A stretch of DNA of 64,000 nucleotides, taken from Selaginella moellendorffii. Lineage: Eukaryota; Plantae; Lycopodiophyta. Shown here piece after piece: positions 1 to 14,591 of the stretch (its first letter is position 1; each line of letters opens with the position of its first letter). Below the pieces are notes generated by a model. That model made no database searches. It saw nothing but the letters and a program-made list of their open reading frames with translations, and was not told where the DNA came from. The position numbers were made by a program, and so were the translations under genes. Location: assembly GCF_000143415.4 (NCBI RefSeq), contig NW_003314351.1, positions 585,243 through 649,242 on the forward strand. The letters run 5' to 3'.

Positions 1-49
1 TGGGCTCCACCTAGACTCGGAGCAACTGAGCCAATATTAAAAGGATGGA

Positions 50-261
50 AAGAAATTGGATGACGATGACAAGGAGAAGAGAGAGGTGAAGCAGTGGCAG
101 GGGGAGGAGAAGTGATTGAGTAGACATTTCCTTGTTTAAAATAAAATGGCATGTGCCTCAATGCAGTTGAATTTTGTTATATTTATATACTATATAAAGG
201 TTTGGAAACCTTATTTTACAAGTGGGATAATGACAATTCCCACTTTAACGAAATAGAGCTT
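50..261. mobile_element. Right end of a second copy of the Sola-like DNA transposon (TIR 238-261), abutting a Gypsy gag remnant; rest lies left of the window
   Basis: 50-261 is nearly identical to 51821-52032 and ends in the same TIR TCCCACTTTAACGAAATAGAGCTT; bases 1-49 differ from the full copy. Confidence 0.9.
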
Positions 262-307
262 CTCTCCAAACCACACATCTTTAACATCTTTAACTATGTA
301 AGTGTTG

Positions 308-827
308 CTACATGCTCTCACTATGAAGGCCATCAATGAAGTAGGACTTGTTTTGATTTGGATCCTTTATTGGAACATGACTAATCAAGCGAGTAAGCTT
401 CTCAATATAGTCCCCAAGCGTCATTTTCCCTTGCTGGAAATGTCGAAGTTTTGTATGAGCATTCTCCATGTCGTAATGAGAAACATAAATGGAAAGCAGC
501 CTCGAACTCATCCATGGTAGACACTGGCTGTTTCTTATCTGCAACACAAGACTCCTCAAGCCAATACCACCATCGAAGACCTACATCACACAAAACCATT
601 AGAATAGCCACTAAAGCCTCTTCATCTAGAGTTCCCCTAGCAGCCAAGAACTTCTTCACATTGGCTAGCCAAGTGAGACACTCGTCCACACCATCATCAC
701 CGGAAAAGGTTGGAATCTTAAGTTGATCTACCAAAGAAAGCTTACTTGGAGCACTACCACGTTCAGCCTTGAGTGCCTCAACACGCCCACGCATGGTATC
801 CATCATGCCATACATCTCATCTTGCAT
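308..827 (-). pseudogene. gag: Ty3/Gypsy gag (retrotransposon capsid) remnant, frameshifted
   Basis: ORF 402-827 LKIPTFSGDD..CLTWL..LRWW..TMDEFEAAF continues in another frame (308-559) as KLRHFQQGKMTLGDYIEKLTRL..YFIDGL, typical retrotransposon gag motifs. Confidence 0.85.
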
Positions 828-986
828 CTCTTGCTGATTTCAATTAAGGGCTTGCAGCTCATGAACCACATCTTGAATGGTCCAAATCTCTGTAGCTTCG
901 TCAACACCATTGTCGGCACCACCATCGACAATAGGATTCCAGCGTTCAGCTTGGTCGGCCATCACAACCAACTTCTTTGATACTAA

Positions 987-1219
987 TGTTATGTTCTAGC
1001 GCAAAAAGACAGAGATCTAGCTGCCCTAGACTATGCTACGCCACCTCTTGAGGTTCCTCACCACCCAACCACCCCTGAACTACCTCAAAAGCTCCACTAT
1101 GCTGCTGCTCAACTGTGAGCCCTAGGGTAGGTTAAGTCCCTTACCCTAACATGCCTTAATATACCCTTGAGCCTCCCTTTGACCAACGTTGACCACATGG
1201 TCAAAGCTGGCACCTAACA
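987..1219 (-). mobile_element. Probable 5' LTR (233 bp) of the Gypsy element carrying the gag remnant
   Basis: TGTTA...TAACA termini; adjacent degenerate tRNA-iMet PBS (rc TAGTATCAAAG, ~975-985) on the gag side. Confidence 0.65.
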
Positions 1220-3264
1220 ATTTTGGTACAAGTTCTTGGGACAAAACAAATCCCACCCCAAACAAATGTGGCCACTCTCTTTGGCCTTTCTACATATTTC
1301 TTCCCATTTAGTTTTCTTACCTTTAACCTTGATGACATAAAGCACGCTTCACAGGGCTTTTTAATCACTTAGAAGCTTATAGCAATAATGATGAAATCCC
1401 TTTGAATTTGAACTTTGAATTAAAAAGAAAATTAAAAACCATATACCATGTTGTGGCTTCACACCTGCACACCTCCTTTTCATCTTCTTAACAGGTAGAG
1501 TGCCTTGATGCTATTCATTGAAATATAATGCTTTCAGCAGTTCTGTATTGTGTTTGCACAGTAATAACAATGTCAAAGAACATAAAAGGGAAAATTGCCT
1601 TAATTTCTTTGTGGAGACCACTAATTACTTCATTCACTATACACTGCTACTCTTCTAGGGTCAAAACACTAGAGTTTCATCCAGATCCTTATTCCTCACG
1701 CCAAGAGAAAATTGAGCTTTTTTCTTCACTGCTAGCTAAGCCTTGAGTGCTGCTTGAGCATCAGCATCTTTAAAACTCACCATGGACATGAGTACACCAG
1801 GATGAGAGCAGCACATGGGACCTTGGATTGTAATAGCTGTTGTTGCAGCCTCTCATGATATGCCACCAGTCCTCCAATCAAGCTGACAAGATCAAACTCT
1901 TGCCATGTTCTCTTGCTTAGTGGAGCTTACCAAGAGCAAGCAAGTGAAGATCATCGAGTCTGTCTGTGATGATTCTCTCATTTGAGAGTGTTGGCTATTT
2001 AATCTATCTGGCCATCTGCAAGCAGTGAAAACTTACCTCAAGATGAGGATACTCGAGAGGAAGACATGGCTGAGAAGGTGACTGCCAATGGGAGAAGATT
2101 TATCAAGGTTGTGGAGGCTGCCAGCTCCTTCTTGACAAGTGTACATCATTTGTATTCACTTATCACATTCTGCAGTCACAGGATCTGTGATCTTCCCCTT
2201 ACTCACAAGACATTACCAATATGACAGACCTGTCTCTCCAAGACTAGGCCATCCATTCCAATCCTATAACCACTCCTTACCATCCTTAGAGCAGTGTTAC
2301 CTGTGGGGGGCCCTGGGAAAATTCCTGGTCCTCCCATGTTATATGTGGCTCTTTTAGGCAATTAGGGCCCAGAATCTGTTTGTTTGACCTAGGAGCGCCC
2401 CAGGCCCCGATTCTGGGCCCAGGATCCTTCAGATCAGCCTGGGAGGAGCCCTGGCCAATCCTAAAATAAAATTTTAGGTTTGGCAGGAAATGAGGTGGTG
2501 CTACAGCCAACATGCCCAAGAAAATTCATGGGAGATGGAATCACTGCACCAGCCCTCAAGAGGACAATCAGGTAGATCACCAGTCCAGATCACAAAGCAC
2601 CCACCGCAACATCAAAGGTATAATTACAAGCTACAAACCAAGTAAAAGCTAGAAAATTTTGTGTTTGTATTCATGATGGATTTCTAAGAAAAGTTTGCAT
2701 ATATAGCCTTAGTTTCAGTTCAAAATTCTCATTTGTTTGCAAGTTAGAGTCTTGGGGATGCTATGGTGAGCTAAAATCTTCATTTCATTCAAGCTAAAAA
2801 AATTTTTTTTAGGAAACTCAAATGGACTTGGAACTCATGCAAACTCCAGAGGTAAGTGTTTAAGAAATTAGATTGTGCTTCTAGAAACATATCTAGTGTA
2901 GTCTATGCAGAAATCACTTGCTTAACAAAGTGTTCCACCACCAGGACTTCTCTAAGTCCACAAGATTTATCTAATGTGAGTTTTTCAAGTTTATGTTTTA
3001 CTGTTTGCAATCCAATTGGCTTTGGTTCTTTCCTCATCCATAGTTACATTTCAACAGCAAGGAATATATAGGCTGCCTCAACACCTCTACTTTCAAGCTC
3101 TCAAATCTAGGCTGGTACATATTAAGTGACAAATGCATCACTCGGAATTTGGATCACAAGGAGCTCTATAATAAAATAGATCAACACATTCTAAAGAGTA
3201 GAATTGCAAATCCAAGATTTGCTGCTTCCAATGAGCACAATACAAACAATGAGCACCAATACCA

Positions 3265-6200
3265 CAGTTTTGTCTCCCAAGGACTAGGCCATTTGTCTTT
3301 GAGTGGTCATCCCATAACCACACCTTAGCATCCTTGGGATGCTCGAAGACATGGGGAACACCCTTCCTTAATATATCTTCTTCAGTACCCACCAAATCCC
3401 TCTCCATCCATGGTAATGCTTGCTAACATCGCCACTGGGTCAGAACCTGAAGGCCCAACCACTAAGTCCTATCGACCTCAAGGGACTTCCTCACTATGTG
3501 ACCATATCTTTAGTCATTACACAAGAGGACTACTCCTCTTCATTTTCATAGTTCAGGACTTTGGGATGACATCTCGAAACACTACAGCCCAACGTGAGCC
3601 TCACGGGTACTCCTCCCACTTTGCACCTCTAGGTGGTCTACCCAGTTTGCTAGAGTGAGGCTCCAATGAGCCATACTAGGTATCCAAGTAAGTAGTGCTT
3701 CCTTAGTGGTTATATTATCACCCACTACATGGGTGTAGCATTCCTGGGTGACATTGTTCCAATCCTGAACTCCATCTTGGATCCATCTCAAACTCCTTTT
3801 CGGACTCCATCTTAAATTAATCTCAGACTCCATCTTGGACTCCTTCTTGGACTTAGTCCTAACACTTCCACGTGTTATAACACTTGCCATATGTTAGTCC
3901 TTCTTGTGTGCCTTTCTAAAGACTCATTCATCAATCACTTTGTACTCGATCCTTCAACACTTTGTTTGGAGTTTCACTCCTACTCACAACTTTCTGAGTT
4001 GGAACTTTTGGTCCAAACATGTTACCCTTATTAGACATGTTTTGACCACTATCATATGGCACACTTTCAACTCCATTTTGGGGCTTAGAAATTTGTGTCT
4101 CACAACTATACCACCCATAGACAAAGTTTGATGTCCTCATCGAATGATAAACTATTTTATAAAGAAACCCTATTATGAATTACCATTTTCATCCTTATCA
4201 CCAAGCCAATATTTGTCACTAGTTCAACACCAAAGGTTTATCATGCCTTACCCATCCTCTAAAGAGTATAGTCTTTCTAATTTAAAGTCTCATTATATCA
4301 CATGTGGTGGTTCTCTCCCTTTGTTTATTTAATCATCGCTAAACCCATTAAAGACACCTTCTCTATCTCAATCTTACTACCCTTTTTGGAGTAGTCTTAG
4401 CCTCTACCAACATAACTATTGCACTTTAAAACTTTAATATTGACATCTCGAGTCAATTTTGACACCTTGCATTGCACAGGTTGTGCAAACTCTATGTTCC
4501 TATGGTAGAAAGTTCTTTACTTGAGGGCACCATCATCCTCTTTATTATTTTATGCCACTATGAGCACTAAGTTACACTTATCCATAATTCTTGCTAAAAC
4601 TGTTTATGGCCTTATTACTTTGCTATTCCATTTCTTGAAGCTTTCACTTTTGCTAAATTGAAGTATTTGGAAATCCCATTCTTGAAAATATATTTTCTTT
4701 TCTACAATCCATTAACATCCCTCATATAGTGGTTTCTTGCCTAACTTGTCATTTGGATTCCTTCCAACAATTTGCAAAGTCTATTCTTAGCCATAAACTT
4801 TTTTCTTTTATCCTTTGATATTTGCATTAAGTAGCATAAGATCACTATCCTTAAGGTATCATTTTGGTTCCATATCAAAGGCTCTACTTTGCCAAATCCA
4901 AGGGTGTTCACCTGTAATAAATCTTTTAGGCATTTTCTGCTGTGGGCTTTAACCATGGCCAAACCTTGCAATCCTCTCATGGGTACCTTCATGAGAGGAT
5001 TAAACCTTCCTTAAAGACTATTTTCTTAAAGTCACAATACCATTATATTGTTATAACTCATTTCCCCTATGTGTCCTTTTCATTTGATGACCTTGACTAA
5101 GATTCGCCATTACCAATAGTTTAAATCAACACTTTAAACTAGGAATCTTATTCCTTGACCTAGCAAGGAGCTTCTCTTTGTTTAGCCATAGGATCACTTA
5201 GTGATCTCACCTTGACATCTTAATAGGTCTACCAATAGATACTATGCCTACCAGATCTTTAGGTTGTTGACCATGACTACAAGAGCATTTTTCATACTTG
5301 GTGGTGCGTCCAAGGTAACCCTTTTGGCCAAGGGTCTATAGCAACCAAGATTGGGTGTCCCTATCTCATTCACCACGTCCTCAATGCCCCTAACACCAGA
5401 GTGTTTAAGTTAGATATGCCAAACTTTCACACTAAGCACTCTAACCATGCATCACAACTCTATAACATCCCTTGCTTGGTGTGTGGATCTAAGCTAGACT
5501 TTTTATTGAGAGTCCATGACCACAGAAAAATGAATGTCCTCATATTCTAAACCATCACCACGCTCTAGTGAGTTGGGATCAAACCCAAGCACTATAGGGT
5601 TTGGACTCAAACCCACCCTTTGTGTGGAACTATAGATAGCATCACTTAGGATGCCTAGTGTGATTCCTCATGCTAGTGTACCAACTTATATCCAAAGCAT
5701 GCTACAGATCACAATTTAGGAATCTAGTTCTTCCAAACTTCCAAATCCTCTCACTTAACAAACTAGTTGACCAACTTGTGATCACATAGACTTCTGCATA
5801 CTTGGCCCTATGGCCACCCCTCTTGAAGGCAACACCTTCAACTAGGGTCTTTGTTCCTCCAACTTGCTAATCTCACTTAGCAAGTCATCTAACCAATGTA
5901 ATATGGTTCTATGCATAAGCTTGAAAATCCTCAAATATCAACTTTTGTTCAAATCCATTTCTTTGAACATAAGGGAACTACTTGTAAGTGACTAATTTTT
6001 CCATTCTACTTTAGTCACTTAACCACACCTCCGACCACTTGGAGGAGTCTAAACCCTAAAATGGCTCCACTGGGGTCCAACCCCACACTCTCCCTATTAT
6101 AATTTTGGAACCCTCTCCATCTCGGGTCTATCTCAGACTCTATCTCGGGTCCATCTCGGACTCCATCTCGGGTCCATCTCAGACTCCTTCTAAGACACTT

Positions 6201-7282
6201 CCACATGTCATATATTGGTCCTCTTATATCCCTTTTCTAAAGACTAACTTATTGTTCGTTTCGTGCTTATTCCTCGAGCACTTTGCTAGGAGTTCCACTC
6301 CCGCTCTCAACTTTTCAAGTCAAAGCTTTTAGTCCAAACGTGTTACACTCGTTTGGCTTTCACTTTGGCCACTACCATGTGACACCTTTTTGGCTCCACT
6401 TTGGGGCTTAGGGATTTATGTCTCACACTACTTCCCCTAACCCGTCTTAAGGCAAGATTTAAGAACATGCTTCTGCTGTGCTACTCTAATTTTGCACATT
6501 TTTATGAACCACTTGCACTTGTCTTTCTAGGTACCAACTTATCTAAAATTATTTTTGATAACATTGAGCAGACCCTATCCCTTAGCTTGTCAAAGCCTCT
6601 TTTTTCACAAGTTTATTATTTGTCCTCTATTCTAACATGGATAATTTCACACTTTAGACCCTCCATGGTACTACGATTATAAGTAGCAACACCTTTAAGT
6701 GCCCATTTGATTTTCCACTCTTAACTTGCATAACCACTTTAGTTATGAGTTTTAATTCTTATGGTTCGGTTCTATCCTTTTATTACTTGATATTGGGTCT
6801 ATACTTTCCCTTTGGTTATTCTTTTCTATGCTAATAGAGTAGCTTTGCATTTCTACCATACCTTAGCAAGTATTTTTAGGAATGAATTTACTCAATAACC
6901 TAGGGAGTGGTTCCTCAATTTGGAAATATTTACCTTATAATCCCACACACCAAGATTAACATTTGCTACTCATGAGCCTTTATATACTCGTTTTTAGTCG
7001 TGCCAAAATCTTTTTGGCTTTATCCACTCTGGATAGTCAGACTTACCCTATCTTTAGCCTTCTATCCATTATTCTCTAGAAATTTAGTCTTATAATGTTC
7101 ATACACAACTCTTTGCTACTAAACTTGAATACAACTTCTTGTATTTACATCCTTTTCACAAACCATCTTTGCAAGTGTTACTCTGACATTTGATTATCCT
7201 TTATTTCACATGGGCTACTTTTGCCCATTAGAACTATCCTTCCATATGATAAAAATATCAACTCATCCTTTAAGCACACCTC
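3265..7282 (-). mobile_element. Old degenerate family-C LTR retrotransposon fragment (partial 3' LTR to 4104, PPT, eroded internal region)
   Basis: LTR end TGTGTCTCACA at 4104 followed by ACTATACCACCCATAG, matching 25031-25051; internal sequence homologous to 25036-28180. Confidence 0.75.
5983..6427 (-). mobile_element. Family-C solo LTR, internally deleted (445 bp)
   Basis: TGTAAG...CTCACA termini, TSD CTACT at 5978-5982 and 6428-6432. Confidence 0.9.
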
Positions 7283-7300
7283 TATAAGCGATTAATTTTT

Positions 7301-10300
7301 GTGGAGAGTATTGAAGCATTTTTCATGTTTGAGCAAGCATTGGGGGAGGCACCCCTCCTTCCCCAAACAAATGGTGAACCCAGCATGATGCGCAATACTT
7401 TTGGAAGTGTAATTTCTCTCTTTTTCTTTTGGACACAGACTTTAGGAAGGAATTTCTTGTTTGTCTGGTGGTGGTTTTGTTTGATCTTGGGCAGCCCTAG
7501 TTGATCCTTACCAATTTGTTCAATTGATGGCCACTCTTGCTGGTTTGTTGAAAGTCTCTAGCCTGGCTCTTGCAACATCCAGGTTTGCCTTGGTTCCTAG
7601 TAGAAAAAGTGCCATGTCATCAGCAAAAGTGCCATCTAGCAAGTCCCTTCCAACTGCTTGTGTTCCCAAGAGTTGTTGCCTTTCTTTGGGTAGCTCCATG
7701 CCCTTGATTTCTTCCCCTTCAGCCAAGAATGCTCCCAGTGCCTCCACAACTATGAGGAAGAGGTAGGGAGCCAATGGCAGCCTATTGCACTAACTTCCCT
7801 AGTCAAAAACTTGGGCCCATTTTGCCATTAATAACCACCTTGCTTGAGGCACCTTGGTACAGAAGGGAGATGTGTGCTACCATACACACTGGGATTCCTA
7901 TCTACCTCATACAGTCCTCTAGAAACTCCTAATCCACTCGATCATATGCCTTCTCAAAGTCTAACAGCCACGCCAAAATGTTTTGTTTTGAGATCTTTGC
8001 CCACCTTTGGGCCAGAAGATAGGTCCAAATGTTCTCTGAGATTTACCTCCCTAGAACAAAACCTGTCTGTTCTTCCTAGATAATGATGAGCATTATTGGC
8101 TGCAATTTGAGTCCCATTGCCTTGACATAGACTTTGTATGCTGTTGTGAGCATCATTATTGGTCTCTAGTTTTGCAGCTCTTGGAGATCCCTCTCTTCAA
8201 GAGAAACTCAATCTGGCCTTCCAATATCTCCTCTGGAAGATGTCCTTTTCGTTGTGCATTCTTCCATGTCTCCAGCAGCAGAGGGCCGACCACCTCCTAA
8301 TTGTCCTTGAAGAATCTCAGGAGTAGCCCATCTATCCTATGCATTTTATCATCACTCAGTCTATCCAAGGCCTTATGGAGGTCCTCCCTCGTGAGGTCTA
8401 TCAAAAGTGACTCGTTCCATTTCTATAGGACAGTGTTTCTAGCACCACCTTTGCTGCCCATTCTCTGATTGAGACATTGGTTGCGCCGTGTACAACTGTT
8501 GGTAGATTGCTTGAGCCAGCTCCTACATGCTATGCTAATCTTCTACTATCTTTCCATCCTCTGCTTTAAGACCAAGAATTGGTGGCGAGTTTGTGATTGG
8601 GTGAATGCCTTTGTAGAAGGCCTTGTTTAGCAAACATTCATTTACTGCACATGAGTCCTCCTGTGTGCGAACTCCAGAACTCCACACTGCAAATTCTTTC
8701 TCTTGAAGCTCTGTTTCCCTCTAATCCAGAGCAGCCTACCACTTTCTGGAATCCTTGGCCACTAGCACCATCCTCTGTGCTGCCGCCACCTCCTTCCTTG
8801 CTGTTCTCAAGCCCTTCATCACTTTTCCCTTTATCACCCGCTGTCTCTCCCACAATTTTTCTGAGCAGGCCTATAGGATGGTAATAAGCTCCAACTCCCT
8901 ACCATCCAAGACATGGCTAATTAGTGCTGCTGCTTTTGCATTGGCCAATGTGTGCAGTGAGATGGCCCGCTACACTATATGGCCCTTGTTCTTCTGTAAC
9001 TTGATTGTGTATCAAACTGGGTCATGGTCTGAGAATGAGGGAAAGCATAGACATGTCTTTAGACTCCCACCATCCTGTCTCACCCTTGGGGATGCGTATA
9101 TCCTGTCCAGTCATGCTTGACAACTTGTTGATTCACGGCCCGTAAAAGGGTGTGCATTGGGGGCAAATCCTTCCTCCTATTGAAGATCCACAAGCTCTAA
9201 CTATTCTGCTAGAGTGAGCCATTATAGTTGTTCCCGGCCCTAAATGGTCTCTCACGTCTATCCTCTGCATTTTCCACCATATTGAAATCCCCTAGGCTCA
9301 ACCAGTGCTCTACTAGCCTCTTACTTTCAATCAAAGTTCCTCCCAAAAGAGGGCCTGTGCTTGCCTATTGTTTGGGGCATAGATGTTGATAATCCCCACT
9401 TGCCCATAGTGCAGGTTAAGAACTAGGAGCTGCACTCTTCCCACCACCAACACTTCATGCTCCTTTATCTACACTAACCACTTAATGGAGACAACAATAG
9501 CTGTACCACCCCCTATTCTGGAATGTGTTGTTGCCACTGCATTCCACTAAATTTTCCCTCTCATGCCTAGGTTGTAGTCTGGCTCAGCTTCCATCTTATA
9601 CTCCTGAAGGCATAGAAATTTGATCCCACCTTCTAATCCCAACTCCCTTACGTGCGACTTGAGTTAGACTTTCTTGTGGAACCTGCTATCTGTGGAATTG
9701 AGGCCCTAGCGGTTCCACGTAAAAAAGGTAAGGTCGTCATGGACACGACATACTTCCAGGAGAACCTGTTGGTACTTGGCTGCACCGTCCAATTTGTGGA
9801 TATAGTCCACACTATTGTAGGCTTCTATAAGCTCCTGAATTTGGACTTCCCGGGAGGTCACCCAGCCCAGTACTATTCAAACCCAAGGACACTTAACTCC
9901 AACTATCCCAAGACCCTTAACCAATTGGAAAAGGGGGTGCACTCTTGTTCATGGGCCCTTTCCTTCTATATTTGAACCCCATGGATCGTCTCTCGAGTCG
10001 TTCCCTTTGGTTGCTTACAGCTTCCCTCTATGCTTGGCCTAGGAGAAGCGCCGCACCATGTAGTTTGTGAAGCCCGTCCATTCGGCTATCCCTCGTTCCA
10101 TCCAAGTCTGGTAGTCCCCGAGAGCTACTATTTCTGGGAATGCAGTATTCCCTTGCTGAACCAGCCAATCTCCCGCCTCTGTCGTCATTAATTCCCTCTT
10201 CAGGGGAATCCATCTAATTGACAAGTTCATTGTTTTGAAACTATTGCTTGGAAGCCGTCCTCGCTGGTTTCTACTGGAGTCCACAAATAGCCTACACTTG

Positions 10301-11696
10301 GAACCTAGTCCTGCTGCAAGGGGGGCCCATTGGGACCTCGAGTGGGTTCTTGTTGCAACAACACCCTTCTCTTCTTCCATTGGGAGTTCAAAAGGTCGGT
10401 CTGGAATGTGTTTCCCCATCTTTGCTATGCACATCGTCTCTTGATGGCCCAATTTCTAGTAGAAACTACATCTTCTTCCCCTGATGTACTATCCCATCAC
10501 TGCCAGCTCTATGGGGATCTCTGCCAGAGAATCTATGAAGACCTTAATTCTAATTGGGCCCAGAACTTCACTAGCTTCTACTGTCTCCAACCCTGAGGCA
10601 ATATTCCCTATACAATTTTCCACCAGATCTTTCACCACCTCTTGTGAACTCATTTCCATCGGTATGTCCTAGAGTGTGATATTGAGGGGAAAGCTCCCTC
10701 CTTTCAGTTGCACTTGTTCATCTGCTGTGAACCTTAGGACCCAAGAGTGAAATGACATGGCCCATTGACTATCAATCACTCCATGCAGCTCCTTGGCCCA
10801 TCTTTGCAACTCCTCATCCTCAAACACAACCGTGTAGCACCCTTTACCATGCAGGAGTAGACTCTAGATCATGATTCCTTGTTCCAATGATGCATTGAGC
10901 TAGTTGATAGCTAGACACCCTGTCGGGAATTTGCCTCGAAACATTGCAATGACTACTTTCAGTTTCAGCTCCACTTCCTTAGCTGCCACTACTTATTGTA
11001 ACTGCACTAGTCTGGTTCTACTGCTGTGCTCTGTCCTTCCACCCTCCGGGTCCTACACATTATCTTCATCTCTAGACCCTCAGGTGGAGCTCCAGTTCCA
11101 AGCGTAACCACCTCATGGTTTTGCAATGTCTGGGTATCCTAAGCCTTGGAGTCCTCAAGGCCTTTGAGCTGGGTGTCACTTGATGTTGCTTCTCCTCCCC
11201 TTCCTAACTGTACTTTGGGGTTCTCAACTTCCTCATTTCCAGCCATGTCACCAAGTCCCTTCCCACTCATCTTGGCAGTCTTCGTGGATGCTATTCCCCT
11301 CTCTTTAGCTAGCAAATCCTCTTATTATAGGATTCTTCTATTGCTTCTACCCATTCTGTCATTTCTTGTTCCTTGCTCCACACCTTCAGCTTTCTCCTCA
11401 CCACCTTAGGTTCCTTCTTCTTTTTTGTTTTGCTCTTCTTGAGTTTGTTTGGACCTCCTCTCTCATTCATTGCATTTCCTTCTCCTGTTCCTCAAGTAGC
11501 ACTGTGAGAGGCTTGCCTCTGACTCTTTGCACTAGTGTCTCCCCTTGGATAACCTTCGCTTGTCCATCCTAGGTGGCCACCATGTCCTTCTGACTTTGCA
11601 TTTTTGCCTTGTCTAGTGTCTTCCTGGCCTCCACCACATCAGCAACCACATGGAAGGCTTCCATGTAGGCCAAGCCAAGCATAATGTCCTCCCTGA
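7301..11696 (-). mobile_element. L1-clade LINE, degenerate (part of ORF1, APE endonuclease, partial RT); 5' part continues at 33610-~38270
   Basis: RT motif APYLFLIVVEAL...FADDMALF (7520-7774); endonuclease motifs INIYAP (~9374-9390), GDFNM (~9273-9291), LDRIY (~9095); many stops and deletions. Confidence 0.9.
9826..10019 (-). mobile_element. Cassandra-type TRIM solo LTR with 5S rRNA-derived domain (9843-9898)
   Basis: rc AGTTAAGTGTCCTTGGGTTTGAATAGTACTGGGCTGGGTGACCTCCCGGGAAGTCC resembles the 5S internal control region; TSD GCTTC (9821-9825/10020-10024); empty site in the duplicate LINE at ~59735. Confidence 0.92.
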
Positions 11697-14591
11697 TGTA
11701 GTGCACATGGTTTTTACCCTTTATCCTATGGTGGTTTAAAATAGGATAACACCACGAAGCAGAACCTAAACCCTCTTTATGCCATGTGACACATGTCATG
11801 TGTCATATGCCACATGTCCAAAGGACAATGGTGCGAAACCCGAGGTTCAAATGCTTGAGCCACTGAACGGAGGAACGGTGCCAAACTCCCAAGAAGGGAG
11901 CCAAGGAGTGATGGAACCGAACTATGGAGCAACTCTTGAGCATATAGCTCAAGGAGCGAAGGGACAGGAGCCCGGAGTGACTTGGAACAGTCCTAGAGTA
12001 ACCAGCATCCCAATGTCAAGACTAGCATGCAAAACGGAGCCAAATAGAGTCTAGCGCTATTTCGGCATACCGGTGGCCTAATGCAAGGACATGGGTACTC
12101 CACTAGCTAGCATGGAATGAAACTTGGGCTTAAACCCAAGCAAGACGCAGAACAAGGACAGGCACGTAAGCAGGAGCTAGATTATGCTTCAGGTTGGTCG
12201 GCCATACCCGACCTACCCGCTATCCCTACTATACATTTAGAACCCCCCACAGCCCCCCCCCCCCACCCCCCCCCTTGAGGAACACACGCTTTGGGCTTTC
12301 ACCCCAAGCCTCCTTTAGTATCAGGAGTTAGTCTATGGGACAAGCTCAAAACTTACTAAATATGGAATGGCACTAAATTGTGAATTTGGACACGAGACAA
12401 ACACCATTGTGTTCAGGCCGATCTCTACATTCCGTAGATATGCCAAATGAGAAAATCTGGATACTTTCCATAAATAGCATTTGGGACCAAAATGAGACTA
12501 ACACAAAGGGCATGATAGTGAGGGTGTTTGGCAGACACAGTAAACTATCATCTAGCGATATTGAGCAATACGCGAAGGTTCTTGTCAAGCTAGTGCAAGA
12601 TAGAGCAAAAGAGAACTAAGAACTAGGCTGAGTATGCTCAGCTAGAAACACATAAAAGTTCCTACCTTATGTCCATCTGGCTAAGTATAGGTGCTAAGCC
12701 CAGTTTACTAACACCTAAACAAGAGGGGCTAATAAAGGGAACCAGCAATACTGACCTCCTGCCATCGTGGCAGTAAGGTAAGAGTCTCCGTAAGGACTAA
12801 CTAACAGGTAACTTTCGATACCTGAAGTCACATTCGCGACACTCTCCCCCCCTAGGGAAGATCAACGTCCTCGTCAATGCATACTCGAGTCTAGAATACT
12901 GCCAAGGGAACAACTCCAGAAAAAATTCATGGTATTCACACTATGCGAGAAATGCACCAACTTAAATGAGTTAGAAAGCAACCTCTTTGTCTAACACAGA
13001 TGCGTTACCAGCTCAGACACCTTTCGGCTGTCGCCAACAAGGAAATGACCAACAAAGTTAGCCACCCTTGCTGCTCTGGGTGTCACCCAGCTTACAAAAG
13101 TGTGATATGCCCTACCTGCAGGAACATAGAGAGAGAAGCCAAAGGCCCCAACCCTCCTAAGCAAAAAAACCAGACCCGTCGGTAAGGTTTAGATAAACTA
13201 CTATAAACAAGTAGTTAGAGTTGTTTACACGGTCATGCCCTGTTAATGGAATAAGGAACATTGACAGAGAGGTAGGTGATGTGACCAGTCGACAGTAGTT
13301 ACCCCATGACTAGAGATTTCATCATGCACATGAAGTGCTGAAGCCAGTCTGCCTATACTGGCCCAAAATTCAAAGATCAATAGATGGACAATATCAAAGT
13401 CATAACCAATGATATTTTAGAGTCGTAATTATCAGTGAATAAATCTTATATTAGAACACAAATGTATTCTAAGTAAGTTATCATCCGATAAACCAGTATT
13501 ATAGGATAGGAACCACCAAGATCATTAGAATTGGTAGGCATAGGAATCACCATCCAACAAAATTCAATAACAAGTATATCATCAAGGAAACTCAATGATA
13601 AAATTTAACTACCAAAGATGGCAGATAGTATGCCAAACAACTTACCAAAGATAACTCAAAAAACACAAAGTATTATCGACTGGCAAGAAAAATGCTTGCG
13701 AATGTATCACCTGAAGGAAATAACATTCCAATTTATTAAAATGAACTCGAGCAATAATCAATGGAACAGAATGAATATGGTAAGACCAACAAACACTTGT
13801 TCATGCCAACTATCACACTATCCAATCCGAATAGATCCCAACCAACAACACCAAGGAACTCAAGTTGCCTAAGCAAGTGTCAGCAACATCCTACTGATGT
13901 TTCAAACCCAAAAAACCAATCCAGAGCAAACCACAAACAACATGTGGTATTGCAAAAAGCCATAAGCTATCAAAGAAAACAACTAACCATCATGAAAGAT
14001 CATCAATAATCCCACCAATGAAGAGACACATAATCATTGTCAAAGAGGAATTCACCATCCCAAAGAACGGCAATTCATTCCATATCAACAACAATCAAGC
14101 AAAACCTATTGACAAGGATAATCAACTATCCTAGATGATAGTCAATCATCACCAATGATTGCCAGACACAAAGCCAACTTTAGCATCGAAGTTAATGAGC
14201 TAAAATGCTTTCCCCAACAACTCCTAACAAATGGAACAATGAGCATAAAACTCAAGAACCAAAAACTCGAAGAAGCCTATAACCAAGTCTTGCTTAATAA
14301 TGATCACAAGTTTTGCATGAACTAACTTCAATGTTAAAGAAGAAATCATGGTATAACCCACAACATCCTTCTCAACACATCCATAAGCTAAACTTTATAA
14401 TACCAAAGCTAATGAAGAGTATATCTACATCAATCCAAAAGCTAAGCATAACAAAGTTATGCTCAATAAGTGATCACTAAACGATCCTCTATGAATCCAT
14501 CTTTTAGCAAGATGTAACTCACTAAATAACAAGCATAAGAAAAATCATTAATGATCGATATATCCCAATTCAAATCTAACAAGGATTCAAA

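Larger units (their letters stand above)
1440..14420 (+). repeat. Segmental duplication, copy 1 (copy 2 at 41070-64000)
   Basis: Collinear high-identity sequence starting CATATACCATGTTGTGGC at 1440 and 41070; near-identical spurious ORFs in both (1528/41158, 2139/41779, 2856/42495, 13618/63198). Confidence 0.95.

Noticed and set aside
1528-3071. Short ORFs conserved between the duplicated segments as host genes
   Set aside because: Conservation reflects the recent duplication; no recognisable domain and frequent stops.
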